Part shown: positions 1-6,858 of the stretch, piece by piece | Position numbering within the stretch: the stretch's first letter is position 1 | Layout of the letters: every line of letters begins with the position of its first letter | Assembly (NCBI GenBank): GCA_964645485.1 | Contig: CAZXZO010000031.1 | Span: 220-18,432, forward strand | Source: an uncultured Candidatus Poseidoniales archaeon | Lineage (GTDB): Archaea; Thermoplasmatota; Poseidoniia; Poseidoniales; Thalassarchaeaceae | DNA: 18,213 bases | Reading direction: 5' to 3' | The notes under the pieces: generated by a model | Told to the model about the DNA's origin: nothing | Seen by the model: the letters and a program-made list of their open reading frames with translations, nothing else | The model's database searches: none | Position numbers and translations under genes: made by a program

Positions 1-138
1 CTCACTTGAGAGTTATTTTTTGTTGAAACTCGTTTCATTCCACCTTTTCCTTCGCCCTACCAACCGGGAGTACACTTCTCACTTGAGAGTTATTTTTTGT
101 TGAAACTCGTTTCATTCCACCTTTTCCTTCGCGCCTAC
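1..138. repeat. Tandem direct duplication, period 77 bp (1-55 identical to 78-132, extending to 60/138 with a 1-nt indel)
   Basis: CTCACTTGAGAGTTATTTTTTGTTGAAACTCGTTTCATTCCACCTTTTCCTTCGC occurs at 1-55 and 78-132. It lies at the window edge, so an assembly artefact is possible. Confidence 0.9.
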
Positions 139-223
139 GCGAGCGCGGGGAGATTGAATAGAGTGAAAATGTAGTGAATTCAAGAGATATTATCAAGAAC
201 CCTGAAATTTAGGTTAGCGGTTA

Positions 224-1132
224 ATGTTGACAAAATCAATTGTTTGGAGCCCTAGTAGAGTACGAATGCTGAATGAATGCCCCCGGAGGTATGTCCACAG
301 TAATGTGGTAGGAAGAGGAGGTTGGCCCGGTGGCCCACGTTCTCAAAACCCCAGAGTTGCCCGCGCTTGGCAGCTTGGCAACAAGCGAAATCAAAATGAT
401 TTGATGTTAAGAGCAGTAAATGATAGTGTCAAAGAGTGGATATCAATCCAATACCGAGGCGAAGAATGGTCGGAAGCGCATGCAAAAAACGAGATGACTG
501 CCAGAATTCGAAATTTTTTGAAAGAAAATGGTGGAGAAATTGATGATGAAATTGTCAATAAATTGACTGGTGAGGGATTCCGTCGCCTTTCAGCGCTCAA
601 TAGAGCGCCACTACTTTCCCAGTTAAACGGGAATCGTGTAGATGAATGGATGCCGCTCAATCGCTTAGAAGCGCACTGGGTTGGAAATTCTCGAGTTTAT
701 ACAGTGCCCGATTTGATTGCAAGGATAGGCGAAAAGTGGCACTTGGTTCGGTTGTCATCACAAATGTGGAGGCGAGTCCCATCTGAAATCCAACAATTAG
801 AATTGGGTGTGATGTTGAATTGGGCTGTTGAAGAACCAAGTCTGCCAAATTGCGTTGAGAAATTTGTAATCCACAGGATTGGTTGGGTCAACCACCGTTG
901 GCTTAGTTGGAAACAACGTGGAAGTAATGTATGGAAAGATGCTAGCCAAGTGATGTTAGCACATGATATCAAAGAACTGCAATTCATTCACATGCGTAAT
1001 CAGGAAAGTGTTGATTTAGATAAAGTAGCAGCGAACGGAACCAAGAATAATTGCAAAAATTGTGGATTTCGTGGGGAATGCCCTTCATCTGCAATTGCAA
1101 ATGCTAACTACAAACTCAATCCAAAACAATGA
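224..1132 (+). CDS. PD-(D/E)XK (Cas4/RecB-like) nuclease-fold protein, probably catalytically degenerate
   Basis: N-terminal WSPSR..LNECPRRY and C-terminal CKNCGFRGECP give the 1+3 Cys pattern (C19, C277, C280, C286) of Cas4/AddB Fe-S staple nucleases. VPDLIA (D163) is present, but VRLSS stands where (D/E)xK is expected. Confidence 0.7.
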   Translation: MLTKSIVWSPSRVRMLNECPRRYVHSNVVGRGGWPGGPRSQNPRVARAWQLGNKRNQNDLMLRAVNDSVKEWISIQYRGEEWSEAHAKNEMTARIRNFLKENGGEIDDEIVNKLTGEGFRRLSALNRAPLLSQLNGNRVDEWMPLNRLEAHWVGNSRVYTVPDLIARIGEKWHLVRLSSQMWRRVPSEIQQLELGVMLNWAVEEPSLPNCVEKFVIHRIGWVNHRWLSWKQRGSNVWKDASQVMLAHDIKELQFIHMRNQESVDLDKVAANGTKNNCKNCGFRGECPSSAIANANYKLNPKQ

Positions 1133-1138
1133 TTCCAT

Positions 1139-1160
1139 TTCTGAAACATAGTTTACAGAA
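1139..1160. terminator. Imperfect hairpin between convergent genes (possible bidirectional terminator)
   Basis: TTCTGAAAC-ATA-GTTTACAGAA forms 9 bp with one bulge and fills the 28-bp gap between two convergent stop codons. Confidence 0.35.
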
Positions 1161-1577
1161 TCATTCGGTTTCATCAGTGTATTCAGTAACCCGAATCCCT
1201 AGATTCCCACGCCGCGCTTTGCGCTGCATAATCCGGTCCATCTTCTTGTGAAAAGCGGCTTCTAAATCAACTTCCATCGCCAAAGCATTCCCAAGTGTCA
1301 AGATGAAAACATCTGCCAACTCTTCTGCAGCTTCTTCAGCAGGCTTTCTCTTCGTAATAGCAGCCGATAATTCGCCCAACTCCTCAATCATTAGAGCAAG
1401 CCGGTAACCCATGTCGTGACCATTATTTTCTGGACTAGCAAAATCGTGTTTAGCATGGAATTTAGCAACCCTGCACATCATTGTCCCCCATGACCCATCA
1501 GGAGAACCTGTTTCCCCCAACCCTTCTTGATTTGGATGTGCCATCCACTCATTCACGTCACGTGCTCGCTCACTCAT
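1161..1577 (-). CDS. MazG-like nucleoside triphosphate pyrophosphohydrolase (single domain)
   Basis: IEELGELSAAI...EELADVFIL are the paired ExxE/ExxD metal motifs of the MazG/all-alpha NTP-PPase family. The ATG at 1577 is preferred over the TTG at 1583. Confidence 0.85.
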   Translation of the reverse strand: MSERARDVNEWMAHPNQEGLGETGSPDGSWGTMMCRVAKFHAKHDFASPENNGHDMGYRLALMIEELGELSAAITKRKPAEEAAEELADVFILTLGNALAMEVDLEAAFHKKMDRIMQRKARRGNLGIRVTEYTDETE

Positions 1578-1605
1578 ACCCAACCCTTCTGTGGGCGGGT
1601 GAAAA

Positions 1606-2394
1606 TCATTCGTGCGCGAGTAGCGCTGTCAAACATTGCCAAATTATGCCACGCATATCGGCTGCTTTAGCCTCAACAGAGTCGTGATCTATTGCAGCGT
1701 TTGCATCACCCGGTGTCTTTCCAGCAGCCCAATTACTTGAGGCAATTAGGCCAACATGAGGAATACCAGTTTCAGCAATCAACCTAGCCTCTGGTGATAT
1801 TGTCATACTTGCTGCAGTTGCACCCAAACGAGCGAATGCCTCTATTTCCGCAGGAGTCTCAAACTGTGGGCCATTAACATGTGAAACCACATGGTCAAGA
1901 GTTAGTTCCTCATCACTTTGAGCACTAAGAACTGGTCGTAAAAGGTCACGGAGGCCGCCTGGGTAATGATGTGTCATGTCAGCGTGGTGTGCATCTTCTT
2001 CTGAGAAAGTCACAGGCATACTAACTAAATCCAAAGTGTGTTCAGCCATCCCAACAATTCCAGGTGGGAAATGTGGGTCAATTGCACCAACCGACTGAAT
2101 TGAAACAATTACATCAGGATTACAGGCTTCTGCCGCCTTCACATTAGCGTGATAATTAATCAAATGAGGTGGGGTTGTTTTTCCATCTCCATGATGACGG
2201 TGAACGATGAAAATCTTGACTTCATCCGATTCAGATGAATCACTGAGAGTGATAATCTCAAGAGGGACATCGCCATAATCTGTTTGTGCAACCAATGAAT
2301 CTGTTGCTGAGATTGAATAATCTGAGTTGCTTAAGTCAGCATCAGCAACAAGTTGCTTCATTCCAGTACCGCCGATGACGGCGATACGTTTCAT
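1606..2394 (-). CDS. mtnP: MTAP-family purine nucleoside phosphorylase (methylthioadenosine/methylthioinosine phosphorylase type)
   Basis: IAVIGGTG, HRHHG..PPHLINYHAN and GPQFETPAEI motifs. An SD-like GAGGTG lies upstream, and the gene starts 11 bp downstream of rps3ae. Confidence 0.88.
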   Translation of the reverse strand: MKRIAVIGGTGMKQLVADADLSNSDYSISATDSLVAQTDYGDVPLEIITLSDSSESDEVKIFIVHRHHGDGKTTPPHLINYHANVKAAEACNPDVIVSIQSVGAIDPHFPPGIVGMAEHTLDLVSMPVTFSEEDAHHADMTHHYPGGLRDLLRPVLSAQSDEELTLDHVVSHVNGPQFETPAEIEAFARLGATAASMTISPEARLIAETGIPHVGLIASSNWAAGKTPGDANAAIDHDSVEAKAADMRGIIWQCLTALLAHE

Positions 2395-2405
2395 TCAACA
2401 TCACC

Positions 2406-3362
2406 TCACTCGCTTAGTCTTGCAATCAGTTCTGCTTTCTTGCCGCCAACAGGCTTTCCTGCTGCCTTCAACAATTCTTTGAGTTCGGCTACCTTTAGAG
2501 ATTCAAGGTCTTGTTCTTCAGCGCCGTCATCTGAATCATCGCTTGATTCTTCAGTTTCTGCTTCAGCCTCTGAATCGTCACCAGACTCTGAATCATCAGC
2601 ATCATCTGCTGCTTCATCTTCATCTTCTGAACTGTCTTCATCTTCTTCGCCAGCCATTGCCTTCTCAAGCGCAGCTGCCTTCTTGGCTGCTTGCTCTGCA
2701 TTAGCTCGCTTTTCTTCTTCGTGAATCTCATCAAGAGTTGGTCCATCTTCTGCAACTACTCCAGATTGAATCAACTGAACTTTTCGGATCATTACAGTTC
2801 GAGTAGGTTGAATCGCCTTGATTGCATCAACAAGGGTTGTCTCAAGAGCACCACTTAGTAGAGATGCTTGAACTTCTAACCAAGTTGAACGTGCACTAAA
2901 TTGAAGCAAAGTATCTCGCATCAATTTTCGCATCTGGCTTTTCTGACTAGACTTAATGCGATTTGCTGCAACTACAACTGGCTTAATTCGAAGGTAGTAT
3001 CCATCTGAAGTAACACAATCTACTACATCATCCACCTTACCGCGGTGTCTGCGGATTTGGCGGCGGATGTAATCACTCTGTAGCGCATGTCCAATATACT
3101 CGGTTAAAGCATCTTCACCACGAGTGTCAATAACCCGGAATCTGAGCTTGACGTGCATCTTTGAGAAGTCGCCATCAACTTCATTTTGAGTAGTTTCGTA
3201 GATTCTCCCCATCAAGTGTTCTGGGGTTTCCCCAAGTGTCTCTCCAATGACCTTGAATTGCCAGGGCTGTCGAGGTGCTCGGATGGTGAACCACCGCTTT
3301 GACTTCCACTTATCCCTCTGTTTTCTCGCTGCTGCGCGTGCTTTTGCTCCTTTTGCGGCCAT
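2406..3362 (-). CDS. rps3ae: 30S ribosomal protein eS1 (S3Ae) with acidic linker and C-terminal SAP/HeH-like domain
   Basis: DKWKSKRWFTIRAP, IGET, GRIYETT, KLRFRV and YIRRQIRRHRGKVDD match eS1. The tail LKVAELKELLKAAGKPVGGKKAELIARL matches the SAP pattern. SD-like AGGTG upstream. Confidence 0.93.
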   Translation of the reverse strand: MAAKGAKARAAARKQRDKWKSKRWFTIRAPRQPWQFKVIGETLGETPEHLMGRIYETTQNEVDGDFSKMHVKLRFRVIDTRGEDALTEYIGHALQSDYIRRQIRRHRGKVDDVVDCVTSDGYYLRIKPVVVAANRIKSSQKSQMRKLMRDTLLQFSARSTWLEVQASLLSGALETTLVDAIKAIQPTRTVMIRKVQLIQSGVVAEDGPTLDEIHEEEKRANAEQAAKKAAALEKAMAGEEDEDSSEDEDEAADDADDSESGDDSEAEAETEESSDDSDDGAEEQDLESLKVAELKELLKAAGKPVGGKKAELIARLSE

Positions 3363-3423
3363 TATTGAACACCTGTGGTCTTACGGGGGCTACCCCATTA
3401 GCATCCCGCCGACCTACAAGCAG

Positions 3424-3431
3424 TATTTGAA
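3424..3431 (-). promoter_or_regulatory. Candidate TATA-like box for the rps3ae-mtnP-mazG unit
   Basis: TTCAAATA on the minus strand ~60 bp upstream of the ATG. Similar TTCAAAGA (12553-12560) precedes sucC and TTCAACAG (10669-10676) precedes tpiA. Confidence 0.35.
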
Positions 3432-3513
3432 CGGGCCGGCTCACCCGTAGGGTGGGAAAATTTGAATCCATTTAGTAGATGGACTATATCCTGATAAAAA
3501 ATACAGATTCATG

Positions 3514-3520
3514 TTATATA
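3514..3520 (+). promoter_or_regulatory. Candidate TATA box for a leaderless transcript of the Cys-rich microprotein
   Basis: TTATATA ends 23 bp upstream of the ATG at 3543, the usual archaeal leaderless spacing. Confidence 0.45.
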
Positions 3521-3542
3521 CCGTGGTATTTTTTCAAATGTT

Positions 3543-3728
3543 ATGTCTCATTGCCACGTATGTGACCAGACTGAACAGGATGCAGGAGTGAATGCTAGAT
3601 TCTTGTACTGTTTGTGCAACATGCCTTGCTGTCCAGCACACGGTTTTCGATGTAAGCATGATTTTGAATGGGTATGTCTTGACTGCCAAGATAGTTGTAC
3701 CGGAACAAACTCAAAATGTAAAGATTAA
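3543..3728 (+). CDS. Small Cys/His-rich putative zinc-finger protein (61 aa, AN1-like spacing)
   Basis: 11 Cys and 3 His in 61 aa, arranged CxxC...CxC...CCxxH...CxH...CxxC. The ORF fills otherwise unexplained space and has a TATA box at leaderless spacing. Confidence 0.6.
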   Translation: MSHCHVCDQTEQDAGVNARFLYCLCNMPCCPAHGFRCKHDFEWVCLDCQDSCTGTNSKCKD

Positions 3729-3818
3729 CTCCTGAACAATTTGAACTGCTTTTAGTTCAATTAATTGATTTGAATTAGGCCGGCATTGTCATTTATCATA
3801 CCGCGCCGGCCAAATACA

Positions 3819-4310
3819 ATGGCACTCCCAATCCACCGCCTTGAGTGGACAGTTCATGCATCTGGTGTCAGCGATATTGATATGATTGCAGACTCCTTAT
3901 CTTGGTTAATTGGTGATGAAGAATTTGTTGATGTTGAAAAAACTCAATCATATCACAATACACCAATGTACATTATTCACGCTGAGGCAAAAAAAAGGTC
4001 TGATGCCCGCCGATCTTTACCACGTTTAGGCAAAACATTGCTTGATAATCTTTCAAAAAGTATCGAAGGGAGGATTGATGAAGAAAACTGGCTACATCTG
4101 AGACTAAAATTGGACGAACTTGTTTGTGGTAATCCTTCTTTAACTAGCCCACATGACCCGTGTGAGAGTGTGAAAGGAAGGGTGAAACTTGAGGTTTATC
4201 CTGGCGACATTGTAGAAGAAGTGGCACTACGATTGTTGACTGAAGCGGCTGAAATCGCAACTAGAAAAGGTCTCCCAAAAATACCAAACCTTGACGATGC
4301 TAATGATTAA
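3819..4310 (+). CDS. UPF0201/DUF54 family putative RNA-binding protein (COG1325-like)
   Basis: IHRLEWTVHAS, SYHNTPMYII, RIDEENWLHLRLKLDEL..G and VKGRVKLEVYPG follow the archaeal UPF0201 pattern. The ATG at 3819 is preferred over the TTG at 3786. Confidence 0.75.
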   Translation: MALPIHRLEWTVHASGVSDIDMIADSLSWLIGDEEFVDVEKTQSYHNTPMYIIHAEAKKRSDARRSLPRLGKTLLDNLSKSIEGRIDEENWLHLRLKLDELVCGNPSLTSPHDPCESVKGRVKLEVYPGDIVEEVALRLLTEAAEIATRKGLPKIPNLDDAND

Positions 4311-4354
4311 CTTCATAGAAGAGTGGCCTACACCGATGGTTTAGAGGAATTACG

Positions 4355-4627
4355 ATGACTCACGTAGTAACCACCGCATGCGTTGACGCGAAGTACCAAG
4401 AATGTGTGGCAGTTTGCCCTGTTGAAGCATTTAGAGAAGCCGAAACTTACCTAGTAATTGATGCTGATGAATGCATTGATTGTGGCGCTTGTATTCCAGA
4501 ATGTCCTGTTGAAGCAATTTTTGCTGACACTGATGTTCCTGCTGAAGAAGAGGCTTGGATTGAGCGCAACGAAATCGAGGCTCTTGATCTGCCAATCGCT
4601 GAAGGCGATTCACCAGTTCTTGCTTGA
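4355..4627 (+). CDS. fdxA: 7Fe-type ferredoxin ([3Fe-4S]+[4Fe-4S], FdxA family)
   Basis: C..(A)K...CVAVCP followed by [17 protein letters not shown] has the same layout as Azotobacter FdI. SD-like GAGGA upstream. Confidence 0.9.
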   Translation: MTHVVTTACVDAKYQECVAVCPVEAFREAETYLVIDADECIDCGACIPECPVEAIFADTDVPAEEEAWIERNEIEALDLPIAEGDSPVLA

Positions 4628-4667
4628 TGTGAAAACTGACATTCCTCTTTGATGGGGTAAGGAAGAA

Positions 4668-5063
4668 ATGGAAAAGTGCCCACTCTCTGAACAAGAGCAG
4701 AAATGGCTTGATGGCGGCATTAACGAATTCAATACAGGTCGCTATTGGCATGCCCACGAGGACTGGGAGGAGATGTGGAAGTCGCTCAAGGCTAGAGATG
4801 CTGGTCAAAGATACATCCTAGGTATCCAAGGCCTCATCCAAACTACAGCTCTAATGTTTCAATACGAGCGACAAAAACCCCGAGGAATTGTCAACATGTG
4901 GGGTAAACTGACCGACAAACTAGGAACACCTGAATTACCCTTGTTCGAAAATTTATGGTGTGTAGACATTCCAAAAGTGCTCCAAGATGTTCTCCCCTTT
5001 CTTACCGATGCAACCTCAGATGAACCCACTTGGGGGCTCAATCCAAATACAGTGCTAATCTGA
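4668..5063 (+). CDS. DUF309 family protein
   Basis: GINEFNTGRYWHAHEDWEEMW...IQGLIQ matches the DUF309 signature (G..lFN.g.yfeaHe.lE..W...qGLIQ). Confidence 0.85.
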   Translation: MEKCPLSEQEQKWLDGGINEFNTGRYWHAHEDWEEMWKSLKARDAGQRYILGIQGLIQTTALMFQYERQKPRGIVNMWGKLTDKLGTPELPLFENLWCVDIPKVLQDVLPFLTDATSDEPTWGLNPNTVLI

Positions 5064-5088
5064 TAAGTATGAATCAGAAGGGTTGACA

Positions 5089-5110
5089 CACAAGGATTTG
5101 AACAGAAATC
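5089..5110. repeat. 22-bp palindromic dispersed repeat, copy 1
   Basis: CACAAGGATTTGAACAGAAATC is identical to 7071-7092. Its internal inverted repeat is GGATTT-GAACAG-AAATCC (5094-5111). Confidence 0.9.
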
Positions 5111-5122
5111 CGATCGGTTCGA

Positions 5123-5353
5123 CTACACTTCATCAACTGTTATCGTATTGTCATCTGCTTCTGGTTTCATGAGAACTCCAGCAATCACTAAGACAATACC
5201 GAGGAAAACTGAGACTAAACCGATTGACCATAACGAAAGAGCAATCCCCCAAGTAGTATCATCATGACTCATTAAGAAAGGAATGATAAATAAAATTGGT
5301 CCACTGAGTAAACATAGCCCCCCTATGTTGAGTATCAATTTACTGTGACTCAT
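5123..5353 (-). CDS. Small hypothetical membrane protein (2 TM, 76 aa)
   Basis: Two long hydrophobic stretches and an acidic tail. The ORF tiles the space without overlapping other supported genes. Confidence 0.65.
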   Translation of the reverse strand: MSHSKLILNIGGLCLLSGPILFIIPFLMSHDDTTWGIALSLWSIGLVSVFLGIVLVIAGVLMKPEADDNTITVDEV

Positions 5354-5451
5354 GGCAATTGGGTGTGCTCTGCAGTACTTTATTTATTTCAAAGGGTTAG
5401 CACCAGTCCCCATTTGGAAAAAACTCATAATGTACACACCATCCAATTTCC

Positions 5452-5712
5452 ATGGGCTATGATGATGAAGGACTCAACTACGAAATAGATGAGAGCAGCA
5501 GAGATGAGGGGATTGTCTACATTCGCTCTAACACAAGTTTAGGTCTCGCCGCTGCGATAGAAGAAGTTCACATGTGGGTTGATGAAAAAGGAGAGTGGAA
5601 CTGCACCCCAGAAGAAAACATGACCATCGACGAGGACGCTGAGGATGATGACTTGTCAAAATATACTCACACCATGGTACTGCATGAGTACGATAACTCT
5701 GATGAAGATTAG
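5452..5712 (+). CDS. Hypothetical acidic protein (86 aa)
   Basis: ATG start, strongly D/E-rich protein-like composition, and divergent from the 76-aa gene across an AT-rich gap. No family recognised. Confidence 0.65.
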   Translation: MGYDDEGLNYEIDESSRDEGIVYIRSNTSLGLAAAIEEVHMWVDEKGEWNCTPEENMTIDEDAEDDDLSKYTHTMVLHEYDNSDED

Positions 5713-5844
5713 TTACAAGATGAATGTTCAGACGTTCAAGGGTAACCCCTTGAGTATCCCCTATCTTGCCAACATGGCCGCCCAAAACTAATTGCTTCAT
5801 TGGATTGTGCAATCTAGCAAAAAGGGAGGGGGATATGAGTGGAG

Positions 5845-6510
5845 ATGACCAATTATTGCCAAGAATATGAGCATGGTGAACTCTTTTGGAATCCTCAGGT
5901 GAAGGCCGCAAGTGGGCTGACAATCACTTTTCTTTTGGGTGCGGCAATAATCTCACTTTCAAGTGGTAACGACTGGTTCTTCGTCAACGCAATAATGATG
6001 GGTGTAGTGTTTGTAATTATTGGCTATATTCATCATAATGTGAGATTGACAAACGCAACAATTTGGGCACTCTTAGGTTGGTGTGTAATACATATGGTGG
6101 GTGGACTAATTCCGGTCCCTGCAACCTGGCCGATTGAAGGTGACACCTCAGTTCTCTATAGTTGGTGGTTGATTCCTGATTATCTGAAGTATGATAATAT
6201 TGTACACGCCTACGGGTTTGGTGTCACAACATGGGTCTGTTGGCAAGGGCTTCAGATGGGATTCAAGAGAGTTGGTGCTACCCTGCAACCTACTTTCGGA
6301 ATGTTGTTGTTGTGTTGGGCTGCTGGAATGGGATTAGGTTCTCTCAACGAAATCATTGAATTCCCGCCCACAATGATGCTCGCTGAAATTAATCTTGGTG
6401 GTTATGTAAATACAAGCCTTGACTTAATTTCCAACATGTTTGGCTCTCTAGTGGCAGTGATTACCATCTGGTATTGTAGTAGGTTGACTGAAGAGGATGA
6501 AGAAAAATGA
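5845..6510 (+). CDS. DUF2238-like (VanZ-clan) polytopic membrane protein
   Basis: Multiple TM segments with YDNIVHAYGFG, LNEIIEF and NTSLDLISNMFG motifs. The start is uncertain (GTG 5839 or ATG 5845). Confidence 0.7.
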   Translation: MTNYCQEYEHGELFWNPQVKAASGLTITFLLGAAIISLSSGNDWFFVNAIMMGVVFVIIGYIHHNVRLTNATIWALLGWCVIHMVGGLIPVPATWPIEGDTSVLYSWWLIPDYLKYDNIVHAYGFGVTTWVCWQGLQMGFKRVGATLQPTFGMLLLCWAAGMGLGSLNEIIEFPPTMMLAEINLGGYVNTSLDLISNMFGSLVAVITIWYCSRLTEEDEEK

Positions 6511-6797
6511 ATACAGCACTGAAAATTGGCATTGTTTTGCTCCTAAGTTCAATTTCTGTAATAATTGTTGGAATATTGATGATTGATAATGCATATGACG
6601 AATTACGATATATGCCATGGGAGGAACTGCTACTGACAACCACCACGGATGACAAGATACCTAGCGCACACAAGATTTGCTGCTTGGGTTGTGGGATTAT
6701 TCTCATAGGTGTTGGGATGGGATATTTTGCGCTATTGGGACTATTAACGGGTTCATTAAACAAGGAAAAGGTGATTCTAGTACAAGAACAAAAGTGA
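6507..6797 (+). CDS. Small hypothetical membrane protein (2 TM, 96 aa)
   Basis: ATGA overlap with the upstream stop suggests translational coupling. Two hydrophobic segments. Confidence 0.65.
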   Translation: MNTALKIGIVLLLSSISVIIVGILMIDNAYDELRYMPWEELLLTTTTDDKIPSAHKICCLGCGIILIGVGMGYFALLGLLTGSLNKEKVILVQEQK

Positions 6798-6858
6798 CTC
6801 ATAGGGCAAACTCACAAGCGTCGATAAAGATAATAACCACCCTAATCAATCAAGTATC

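Noticed and set aside
1-138. CRISPR array next to a Cas4-like gene (the repeat contains GTTGAAAC and a TGAAAC/GTTTCA palindrome)
   Set aside because: There are only two copies, with a 55-bp repeat and a 22-bp unique part. No cas1/cas2 is present, and the neighbour lacks catalytic residues. A simple duplication explains it.
2353-2755. Ser-rich ORF 2353..2724 (+) and ORF 2495..2755 (-)
   Set aside because: These are antisense and alternate-frame shadows of the acidic eS1 linker.
5075-5085. 11-bp match CAGAAGGGTTG with the minus strand at 1581-1591
   Set aside because: It is short, non-palindromic and in unrelated contexts, so it is expected by chance.
5089-5110. tRNA fragment or tRNA-derived att site (the minus strand contains GTTCAAATCC, like a T-loop)
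   Set aside because: The flanks cannot form a T-stem (TTCTG versus CCTTG do not pair), and there is no acceptor stem or cloverleaf nearby.
5713-5838. yjdF (azaaromatic) riboswitch upstream of a YjdF-named family gene
   Set aside because: As I recall, that riboswitch is tied to the Bacillus yjdF (DUF2992) family, not DUF2238. I cannot match its consensus here.
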